DNA of 59,536 bases, counting the filler, from Jimgerdemannia flammicorona (lineage: Eukaryota): assembly GCA_003990765.1 (NCBI GenBank). It is 3 parts of 3 records of this genome, joined end to end, with 100 filler letters (N's around TTAATTAATTAA, not from the genome) between each part and the next. Parts side by side here need not be neighbours in the genome. Positions count along the whole stretch, not along the records: positions 1 to 19,787 come from RBNJ01001852.1; positions 19,888 to 39,664 come from RBNJ01001853.1; 1 more part is not named here. One strand, given 5' to 3'. Under the pieces are notes generated by a model. The model saw only the letters and a list, made by a program, of their open reading frames with translations. It did not search any database and was not told the DNA's origin. Below, piece by piece: positions 12,795 to 23,800 of the stretch (the first letter of the stretch is position 1; each line of letters begins with the position of its first letter). The position numbers were made by a program, and so were the translations under genes.

Positions 12795-14131
12795 TGTAAT
12801 ATGTCTGGCTCAATAGAGACAAATTATAAGATTGAGGTTGATGTAGTTTGGCTTGAGCCCCCAGTTACTTTGTCAAAAGCAACAAAATGTTCTTAGTGTT
12901 TAGTAGTATAATAGTTAAAAGCTGAATATCTGTAAGTGATTTATGTATTGATTTCCTTATTGAGACAGTTCTCTGGATATAGCAGTAATTTGTAAATGGG
13001 TTTCCTTTTTAGGTCAACTGGAAATTAGTAGAATTTTATATGTAGTATGAGTAGTTCCTTATATGGTGTGATTTGGCAATTTAGTGGTTTTCTTCTTGAG
13101 TGATGATTTCTGATTTCTATGTAATGATCTCTATATAGTGCAACAATCTCTAATTTCTGGTATGACAATCTTGTGTAGTGTGATAATCTTCAAAAGTATA
13201 TGATTTCTGGCAGATAACTTGATTTAGGTACAGCTTCCTGAAATTGCAACTTACTGGAAATTATTCTGATGGCAGATTCTTCTGTACCAGACTCACTGGA
13301 AATAAATAACTTGGATATTGTAGATTCTTCTAAATCAGGCTCCTCTTGGAATAATAACTTAGGTGTTGCAGATTCTTTCTGAATTGGCAGAGTTCTCTGG
13401 GAATGTAGATAACTCAGAAATGGTAGCTTTAACTGAGAAATATACTGGCAGCTTTTGGAAAAGGGTCTCTTGGCAAAGTTGCATCAAAGACTGACTTTAT
13501 TTGTACAAATGAATCACTGTAAAGTTATATCAGAAACTGGCTTGAGCAAGGTAACTTTCTCTTAGGTGGCAGAAACTTAGGTTTTTCAGACTTATCTGAT
13601 AAGCATATCAATAATAATAATTCTAAAGGTGATGAAGTTCTTCCTTAAACTTAGGTAGTAAACTCGAATTCTTCAGACTTAGTCTGGCAAGTGTACCAAA
13701 AGTGCAGCTTATTCCTTAAGCAGCAGGTTTCTCTTCAAAAGGTGGTGAAGTTCTTCCTCAAACTTGGTAGTAAATCTTCAGCTTTGTACATATCAGAAAG
13801 TGGACCAGAGTGGAAAGAGGACCAATGCTCAATCTTTAGAGACTTTTTTGGTATTTATATTTCAGACTGAGGTTTATTCACTCTTATCTCTGGGGTAATT
13901 TATACAGTTGTGATTACTATCTATGGTAAATATACAGATCTTGCACAGGTGTACAGGTCTTATATAGGTATGCAGATCTTGTACAGGTATATAGATCTTG
14001 TATAGATATATCTTATATGGTAGTCTGGCTATTTATACAGCTTTCTGCAGTAATGGTTGCTGGTTACTATGCTATGTGTTTATGTCATCTGGCTAAGTTA
14101 TAATTCAGGTGGTACATTTTGGTTTATCACA
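12795..14131 (-). repeat. 3' LTR of the 12795-19035 element
   Basis: TGTAAT...ATCACA; direct repeat of 17717-19035; homologous to 47385-48713. Confidence 0.92.
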
Positions 14132-17100
14132 TCAGCCCCTACTAAAGGATGGTCTGTCCTCAGGCTATCCTTTAGTCATCATCCCAGTGTGGGTAAGCAT
14201 CTTCTGTATCAATATCTGTTTCATCATCTTCATCATCTATACTATGGTTGCTCCATTCCAGGGGTTCTTCTTCCTGGCTTTTTGGCCTGGCTTTTTCGGA
14301 TCTGGCTTCAGTTATCTCCTCTCTTCAAAGTGTGGATTGCAACATCATGACTGAGATGGATCTTCTGATGCCTGCAGTCTCAGCAGTCTGAGTGTCTCTC
14401 ATGATTGCAATATTCTATTACTCAGAAATGATATTCCTGGTTGTTGATCTCTTGTTGTCTCAGGAATCAGTATACATCTTAGTTATATGTTAGTAGAAGA
14501 GTAGACAAGGAGTATACTTCTGTCTGGGTAAAAAGGCCTTGTTCTCTGAATCAGCTTTGCAACTTAGTGGTAACTTCTTGGAAGGTAGTTGACTGTACAA
14601 CTGTATTTGGAGATTCTGGTCTCTGGGGTCTCTGTCTCTCCTATTGGTCTAGTAGATGGCACTGATAGCAGTAGTCTCGGGGAGAGTTGAAGATCATTTG
14701 GTATAGATATCTTCCTAGCTAAAAAGTCTTCTCCTAGTGAGTTTCTTTCTTGAGAATAATAGTGATTGTACTGAGTTCTTCTTCCATATTCCAAGGGTCA
14801 TTTTCTTCAGGTGGTATCCAGTGAGAGTCATCCCAGAGAATGAGTTCAGGGACTTCTTCCTCTTTGGATACTTCTTCTTTCTTGGATGATTCTTGTCTCC
14901 AAATTGCTTACACTTCTGCAGCTTCAGCTGCAGGTGTTTCTGGAGTATGTCTGCATTTCTTCTTCTTCTTTCTATACTCAGAGTAGGTTATACTAGGCGA
15001 ATTCCTTTTTCTAATAATCTTGAAGGAGTGCTTGGAGCACTTGTATCTCTTGAGACAGGTGGGGCATTCTTTAATTTCTCCTGCAATAGCTCCAATGGTA
15101 ATAGGGACAGTGTTCTTAGCCCATACATTGTCTTCTGGTCTATCATCTACTAGGTTAATTCAGAGGTTGAGTCTGGGATCATTTCCATCTTCAGATTCTT
15201 CTTCCTCCTCTGTGGTAGACTCTTTACTACTGGCATATTCTTCTTTAATAGTGACCTTCTTCTTCTTCTTCAATTGCTCATAGCTGGTCATCTTAACTCT
15301 GTACTTCTTACCTCAGTAGTCAAACTTGAGTACCTGTTGACTGATGTCAACAACTGCATTTATTTCCTTCATCCAATTGGTGTCAAGAATCATATTATAG
15401 GTAACAGCTTCAGTAACAATAGCTTTTGGGATGGAGAACTGAATGTGTCTCAGAGAGATAGTGATATTTCATACTTCTCCAAGAGGTTGAGTTTGGGCTC
15501 TATCTGCTATTATGATGCTGAGGTTTGATGGTCCATCAATGGGCCATTAAAGGATATCCAGAAACTGTTTGACAATAATACAGACAGCTACTCCTGTGTC
15601 TATGAGGATTTTTGCCTTTTATCCTCTAATGTCTCCATATAGATAGGTGCTGATATATCTTTCAGCTGCTTGGATAGGGATAGGAACTGGTTCTTGCTGT
15701 GGGATTGGAACTCAGCCAGTGCTAGACCTGGTGGTTCTCAGCAATTTGTTTTGGACTCTAGCTAGTATCAGTTATAGGAACTGCAGAAGAGAGACTTTCA
15801 TCTTGGCCTCTTGAATCTTCTACCAGACTTTATTATAGATGTCTCTAGGTATGGTCTTTGGGATATACTTCCTCTTGGGCTTTGAAGCAGCAGGTTCCTG
15901 TTCTTCTTGTTCTATTTCTTCATCTTCTGGTAGTAGCTCATTTGTCTCAGAGACAAAAGGTAAAGGAGTCTGGAGAGGTGTTTCTATTTGTTCCTCTTCA
16001 TGTTCTTTGTCTTCCTCTTAGATTATTCTTCTGCTGATATTCCTGGATGGTCTTTCTATAGGTCACTTCTTTTTCTCTGCTAGATAGACTGTTTTCTGAG
16101 TAGTAAACTTAGTAGAGTATAGATCTAGATCACTATAGTCTTTACTGTTACTTACTTCCTTGAAATCTTCAATAGGATGGGCTTCAGCCTTCTTGTACTG
16201 AGTGTCATTTCTTCAATTTGGTGGTTCTGAGTCTCTTTGGTCATTTCTTTTGTTGTTACATTCAGTAGTATAGTATCTGAATTGTCCACAGTAGAAGCAT
16301 TGGTCTTGTGCTCTGTCTTGGACAAGGTACCTTCTTTCCTCTTACTGGTAGCTCCTATTATCTCTTAATGGATAACCTTGGCTCCTCTGTGGTGGGTATT
16401 CTCTGTTGTCTTGGTAGCTCTGATTTTCACATATGGTGAGTTTTTCAATCTGTCCAACCAATTGATCCAACTTGGAGCTGAGGTCTTAGATTTTACTTCT
16501 GTCCTTCTTTCCTTCTTTAGCTGGCCTTCTTTTCTCAGATCTTTCTTGTCCTTGAAGGAGTCCTTGTAGGGCTTTGACCAGGATGTCTTCTTTATCTTCT
16601 TTCTTGTCATGATCACTTCAGGTAGTTCCTTTCCTAACATCAAAAAATCCTTAGACTGTATTTACTTGCTCTTCAGACCTTCTAATATCTAGGGTGTAGA
16701 CATACTGAGCAATATTTGGGGAAATTCCATTCATTAAGATCATTGGACCTATGATGTCCTGGTTGGTGGCATTGAACCCAGCAGCATACATTCTCTTCTG
16801 GATTCTTGTAAAGAAGGCTCTGGGCAATTCTCCAAGATTCATCTTCATCCCCATAATAGATTCTTGAGCCTTGTGGTGAGTTTCATTTTCTGCATACTTT
16901 TTAATGAGCTAGTGGACCATGACCACATATTCTAGCTTATAAGACATTGCTGCTTATATCTGTCTTGCCAGTTCTGAATTTGGATCATTTGCTATTTGGT
17001 GGAAAATTCCTCTAGCTGGTCCTCTGAGCTGAGTCTTATAGATGGCAATTTTTCTTTCATCTGAGAGATTCCTCAGGGCTGTGATTCCTTCAATTCCATT

Positions 17101-17716
17101 AAGAAATTCTCTGGGGCCTTCCTCTGGATATTTTGCAAAGGTTGGCAATGAGGTGGCCATTTTATTATCACTTTCTTCTGATTCTGATTCTGGTCTGGAT
17201 TCTGATTCTGATTTACTTTCTGAGCTGTCACTGGAGATAGGAATACTTGGGTATCCTGAGGATAGTATTCTGGACCTTAGATGAGGTAGAATAAGCTTAG
17301 GTATACTTGTAGAAGCTACTTCTAATTCTGCAAGAGCTTGTGGTAAAGATTCTATTGGTAAGATTGATGGAACTAGTATGGGGTATCTAGCTGTAAGATC
17401 TCAGGCTTGTGTAATAAGATCTTCTAGTTCTTGTATAAGTTCTTTGAAATCTCCAACAGGGCCACTGGTGTTTTCTAGTTGATCTGGTTGGAAATTTCAG
17501 ACTATACTGGCTTCTGGTTCTGGTTATGATTCTTCTGATACTGGGTAGTTGGTAAGTCTTGATGTAATTACTTCTCTTCTTGTCCAGATACTGGTGATAA
17601 CTAGTTCTTCTGTAGTAGCAGAGATTGGTATTGTATCAAATATATCCAGTTTGACTGTGGTTCTTGTGAGCTGAAATATTATGTCAATTTTAAAATCTTC
17701 TCAGTTGAGCCCTCAA

Positions 17717-19035
17717 TGTAATGTGCCTGACTCAATAGAGGTAAATTACAAGGTTGGGGGTTGATGTAGTTTGGCTTGAGCCCCTAATTACTTTGTCAAA
17801 AGCAACAAAATGTTCTTGGTATTTAGTGGTATAATAGTTAAAAGCTAGATATCTGCAAGTGATTTGTGTGTTGATTTCCTTATTAGGATGGTTCTCTGGG
17901 TATAGCAGCAATTTGTGAATGGGTTTCCTTCTTGGATCAACTAGGAATTGATAGAATTTTGTATGTAGCATGAGTGGTTCCTTATGCAGTGTGATCTGGT
18001 AATTTAGCAGTTTTCTTCTTGAGTAACAATCTCTGATTTCTGTATAATGATCTCTGTATAGTATGACAATCTCTAATTTCTGACATGATGATCTTGTATA
18101 GTATGATGATCTCCAAAAGTATGTGATTTCTGGCAGATGACTTGATTTAGGCATAACTTTTCTGAAACAACAGCTTACTGGGAATTATACTAACAGTGGA
18201 TTCTTCTATACCAGACTCACTGGCAATAAATAACTCAGGTGTCACAGATTTTTCTGAATCAGGCTCCTCTAGGAATAATAACTTGGGTGTTGTGGATTCT
18301 TCCTAAATTGATAGAGTTCTTTAGGAATGTGGATAACTCAGAAATGGTAGCTTTAACTGAGAAATGTACTGGTGGCTTTTGGAAAAGGGTCTCTTGGCAA
18401 AGTTGCATCAAAGACTGGCTTCATTTGTACAAATGAATTACTGCAAAGTTGCATCAGAAACTGGCTTGAGTAAGGCAACTTTCTCTTAGGTGGTGGAAAC
18501 TTAGATTCTTCAGGCTTATATATCTAGCAAGTGTACCAATAACAATAATTCCAAAGGTGGTAAAGTTCTTCCTTGAACTTAGGTGGCAAACTTGAATTCT
18601 TCAGGCTTAGTCTGGCAAGTATACCAAAAGTGCAGCTTATTCCTTAAGTAGCAAGTTTCTCTTCAAAAGGTAGTAAAGTTCTTCCTCAAACTTGGTGGCA
18701 AATCTTCAGCTTTATATTGAAAAGTAGACTGAAGTGAAAAGAGGACCAATGCTCAATCTTTAGAGACTTCTTTGGTATTTGTATTTTGGACTGAGGTTTA
18801 TTCACTCTTGTCTCTGGGATAATTTATACAGTTATAGTTGCTGTCTGATTACTACATTACTAATTATAGATTACTATCTATAGTAAGTATATAGGTCTTG
18901 CACAGGTATATCTTATCTGGTAGTCTGGTTATTTATACAGCTTTCTATAACAATAGTTGCTATTTACTATACTATGTATTCACATCATCTGGCTAAGTTA
19001 TAATTCAGGTACATAGTATATTTTGGTTTGTCATA
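17717..19035 (-). repeat. 5' LTR of the 12795-19035 element
   Basis: TGTAAT...GTCATA with terminal CA decayed to TA; PBS immediately adjacent at ~17700-17716. Confidence 0.92.
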
Positions 19036-19787
19036 ATATATAAGTTAGATCTTATCTTTAGAAGAGCTTTAGATAATAAATATGCTTCATATACTCCAAT
19101 AGGGTATACTCTAGATATATAGTACTATTTTCTATATATTCTTATATAAAATAATACTATATATTAATATACTTTATTCTAGTATATATATAGAGTTCTT
19201 TACTAGAGTAAATATAAACTAGTTGTTTTGCTAGAGTAGTATAGAGTGCTATTGATTATATTCTAACTCTTTTAGAAGTTTACAAAGCTATATATATAGT
19301 TTCTTTTATCACTATAGATAATACTTAGTACTTTGCTTGTATAGATAATATTGCTACTAAAGATTACTTATATATTTACTATAAAATGACTTCTTTACTA
19401 ATTTTAAAGAAATATCTAATCATAAATTATCTATTATCTATATTACTAGCTCAATTAGTATTGTATATATTAAAGAGGTTTATAGTACTTCTACTTACTT
19501 CTTTGTTATTATTATTACTATTATTCAAAATAAGTATATAGTTCTTTATATTTTTTATATATCTGAATATATTATTACATAGTGGTTACTAAGTTCTTTA
19601 AATATGTCAAATTCTCTTCAAGGTGTATCTCTTAGACTAACTCAAGTTTGTTATAAGTAAGTTCTTATTGAAGTATCTTTCTAAGGTCTTATAGTCCTCA
19701 AACTTCTTATTTTTAACTGTCTTGTTATCTCTTAGATGGCTTGCAAGGAAGTGTGTATATTGCACTGAGAGGAACTGACTTTATTTC

Positions 19788-19887
19788 NNNNNNNNNNNNN
19801 NNNNNNNNNNNNNNNNNNNNNNNNNNNNNNNTTAATTAATTAANNNNNNNNNNNNNNNNNNNNNNNNNNNNNNNNNNNNNNNNNNNN
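19788..19887. other. Assembly gap with TTAATTAATTAA filler
   Basis: N runs around a 12-mer that is identical to the one in the second gap. Confidence 0.95.
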
Positions 19888-20063
19888 AAAAAAAAAAAAA
19901 AAAAAAAAAAACTATCAGGAGATTTTAAAAGTACTGAATGCTTAGCAGAGAGAGATAGATGAGCTTGAGGTAGAGTGGAATCTAGATATTACTGGTAATA
20001 TGAGTATGGAATTGCAGAGTAAGTACTTATTCTCTAAATATTATTCAATATGAACAGTATAAC

Positions 20064-20359
20064 TAGAGATCTCAGATAGTTAGCCATATGACCAATAGTT
20101 AGCCAGAGTGACTCAGCCTTAAATTTAGCCTAGCCAGCTAGTCAATCTATAAATTTAAGGCTGAGTTACTCTATCTTGACTTTAAATTTACAGCAAACTG
20201 GTCAAGTAGTATTTATGGACCTTTTATTTAATTTGGAAATTTTGGAAATCAAAATAGCTAAAGAAGACTAACTACTTGACCAACTAGCCAATCTATAAAT
20301 TTAAGACTGAATCACTCTGGTCAGCCATTGGCCATATAACTAGCTATCTGAGATCTCTA
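20064..20359. mobile_element. hAT-like MITE (296 bp)
   Basis: TAGAGATCTCAGATAG...CTATCTGAGATCTCTA with ~60-bp imperfect TIRs; perfect 8-bp TSD AGTATAAC (20056-20063, 20360-20367); removing it restores LINE ORF2. Confidence 0.93.
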
Positions 20360-20803
20360 AGTATAACTAGAATCTTCTCTTTGAATATTAATGAATTGAG
20401 AAGTATGACAAGATATTGAAATATTTTTAGCTAGTTAAAGAGACTAGATGTAGATAATGCTAGCTTGAATATATAAGACTGGATAAAAGAATAAAGAAAT
20501 ATAGCTACATAGTAGAGTCAGATGGATATTCTGGTTAGGAAAAGCAAGGGAGACATTGGGAACATTGGACATTGGGGGGGCAGAGTAGTATAGAGAGTGT
20601 GGAGGAGGCCAGGCTGAAGTCTTTTGACTATTGAGTTATATTATTGCTTAGTAGAAAGAGAGGAGTATGTGGAGTAGATAAGTGAAGTACAAAATACTAG
20701 TATTATAATAGCAAAAGAGATTGACTATCTGGAAAGTAACTTTAATATAATACATAATAGATAGCTAGACAGAACTAATAGAGGAAAAGAGATGGCTGAC
20801 AGA

Positions 20804-23800
20804 CCTTTCTCCAGTAATATTCAGATTATACAAACTTCTGGCAATACTTACAATATTGTTTTTAGAGAATAAGTATTAGTAATATGGTGATCAATAAGTA
20901 TTCTGAGATACATGCTGAGCAGAGTGGTTCTAGTGTATTCAATTAGCAATATATGGAGAAGAGTCATAGCTTAGAGGGGAGTTTACTAGGCTCTCTTATA
21001 GGTAGAAAAAGAAGTGGTAAAAATGGAGCTAGAGCTAGTAGACTGAGACCTGTAAGGATGAACTTTGCTGATAAGGTAAAGGTGGGATATCTATCAACTA
21101 GATTAGAAAGTTGGCTGACAAAAGACAAGAAGATGGCAAGAGCTACAGGGCCTAGTAGAGTAGCCTATAGTAGTAAAAGCAGTAAGGCTGGGGGAGTAGT
21201 AGCTGGGGAGAGCAGAACTGCTGATGGCAAGACTGCTAATCTGAAGAAAAAAAAAATCCAGATGTGATAGTTGATAGTAAATCTGGACAAGGGGTGGGCA
21301 CAAGGCTTAGTGATCTGGTAGATAGTATAATAGATCTGATAGTAGTATTATTACTTAAGAAATCAAGATCAGAATTTACTATCACATTGTGTTTCTGAGG
21401 CTTAGTAGTAATAATAAAGATGATTCAGAGGCTTCTGGTTCAGAAGGTAAAAGAGATAGTCTTAGTGAAATTTTTGAAGAGTTTGGAAGAGGTGGAAGTG
21501 GGCTTTGAGACAGAGGATATACTACTGAGAGCAATAGAGAAGAGAGTGATGGTAGGGGGGGGATGGTGATTTCTATAGCTTAGTGCTTATGCTGGGACCT
21601 CTGAGTAATACAGTTGATGATAGTGGATGTTATAATATTGAAGGAGATGGAAAGAGGGTTAATTGTAGAGGCTATTAAGGAGTATAGAGATATCATAGAT
21701 ATTGGATTTTAGGTCTGAGAAGATATAGATTTCAGAACAGAGAATGTAGATATTAGAGTAGAACTAGCAGATAAGAAGAATATGGAGAAAGCAAGAGACT
21801 GGCCAGTAGTCCTCAAATGGGAACCTATAGAGTATAAGATCTCAAGAGTAAAAAGGATACTGGAGGAAGATAAGGACTTACTAGAGATATTGAAGGATTT
21901 GACTGGGGTTATTAAGAGGAAGAGATTGGCCTAAAAAGAGTTTTAGGCTAAAACAGTAGTGAAGATCATAAATAGTAAGAAGGTGTGGCTAGATTGGATA
22001 GCCTAGGAGAGGATATAGAAGAGGTGAATTTAGAAAGATCTGTTGGCAAAGTTAGGAGGAGGAGCAGAGAGGAGGACTATTACTGCAGATATTAGATTGA
22101 AGATGAGTATCTGAGTAGAAAAGAAGAAAGCAGTACCAAAGAAGACTCCAGGGGAGAGTAGAGGCTCAGAACAGAGTACAGTAGTAGAAGATGAGAAGAT
22201 AGAGGAGAAGGAGCACTCTCAGTATAAGGTGCCAGCAGAGACTAGAGGGGATGATAAACTGCAGGATATATTGAAGAAAAATTAGAATGAGTTAATAAGG
22301 ATGAATTAGAAGAGATAGTAGATGGAAGGGATGAAGAGGGTGGTCCAGAGAGTGGAGAAGGCTATTGATGAGATGAAATGACTGTGAAAAACACTAGTGA
22401 ATATAGTAGCAGAGAAGCTAGAGGAGGAGGACTTTTGAGTGCTTAGTGAGAGACACTGAAGAGAAATTCTATAAGATAAGAAGGTGCTATAGAAACTCCA
22501 GGATGAGATAATGGTAGCTTTTCTAAAAGCTGAAGCATATTAAGTAGATGATGAAAGAGAGGTAGTATTTTTGATAATTGTAAATAACTAGGCTGCTTAT
22601 CTGTAGAGTCTGAGAAAGAGACTGACAAAGTAGTAGGTAGTATGTAAAGAGTACTAGATAGATATAGAAGCTGTGGATAGTGTGGATTATAAAGAGATCT
22701 TGGAGGCATTGGAGGTATAGTAGAGAGAGATAGATGAGCTTAAGGCAGAGAGGAATCTGGATATTACTGATAATGCAGTGAGTATTAAATTGTAGAGTGA
22801 GTAGCTGTTCTTTAAAAAACATTATTCAATATAAATAGTATAACCAGATTTTTTTTTTTAAATATCAATGAGCTATAAGGAGTAGTGAGATATAGAAATA
22901 TCTTTTGCTGACTAAAGAGGCTAGAGGTAGATTTGTTTCTACTATAAGATATTAGATGTGATAGAGACTTAGATACTCTAAACTAAATGAAAGAATAGAG
23001 TGATGTGACTGTTTGATATGGGTATATGGGTATTCTGATTAGAAGAGGTAAGAGAGATATTAGAAATATTAGATATTAGGGGAGCAGAGTAGAGTGGGAG
23101 TTTGAAAGAGACCAGGCTAGAGATCCTTGACTATTGGGTTATATTATTGTCCAGTGGAGGGAAGAGAGAGTAGAATAGATTTAAGAGCTACTAGAGTCTA
23201 GAGCATTAATGAAGGTAGGGATTGACTATTTAGATGGTGACTTTAATATGATATGTAATGGGAAGGTAGATAGAACTGATGGAGAAAGGGAGATAGCTGA
23301 TAAGAGTAGTAGTATAGAAGCCTGAGAGGAAGTTGAATATCTGAGTTCACTGAGAGGTTTAGATGGAGAGATTGTAGGGTCTATACTTACTGAGTGACAG
23401 AATTAGACTTAAGAATTGACTGAATGTTGACTGCAGAATGCTGGAGAGTTAATATTTAGAGAACTTTGAAATCTGTTTAGTATCTGTAATCAGATCACTG
23501 GGGTCTTCTAAGAGGGGGATGTTTTGGGAGAAGCAGGGAGGAGCCTAGACATTGACATCTGAATATCTCATTTCTAGAGGAGAACTCCTTATAGGATATA
23601 TGGGTAATAGATATGTATTAGCTCCAGGATACTTGGCTGGAGAGTAAAGGGACTGGTGATTGGGGATCACTAGAGGAGATTGAAATCAGATATACAATAC
23701 CACTAGGGAGAGACAGAAAGGATATAGGATACTTAGAGGAGAAAGTGAGTGAGGTGGATCTTTCAGAAGTTGGTAAGGTTGTTAGTGTTATGGGCAGATC

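Larger units (their letters stand above)
12795..19035 (-). mobile_element. Complete Gypsy-like LTR element encoding gag and protease only (non-autonomous), decayed
   Basis: Two ~1.33-kb direct LTRs; 4-bp TSD ATAT; PBS TTGAGGGCTCAACTGAG resembling tRNA-Pro PBS; PPT AGTAGGGG; gag MATSLPTF...; zinc knuckle CFYCGQFRYYTTEC at ~16258-16300; protease ILIDTG at ~15592-15610; no RT, RNase H or integrase motifs seen. Confidence 0.88.
12338..19740 (-). mobile_element. Decayed Ty1/Copia 3' half (LTR 12338-12494 and RNase H), split by a Gypsy insertion
   Basis: 12338-12794 plus 19036-19740 is collinear with the Copia at 51441-52700; decayed LLSKAL (ADxLTK-like), YNQ and IDI motifs. Confidence 0.8.

Noticed and set aside
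17732..18154. 140-aa ORF inside the LTR
   Set aside because: The frame is not maintained in the sister LTRs (12795-14131, 47385-48713), and the region is built from short internal repeats.
19832..19843. TTAATTAATTAA inside N runs (also 39709-39720)
   Set aside because: Identical scaffold filler in both gaps; not biological.
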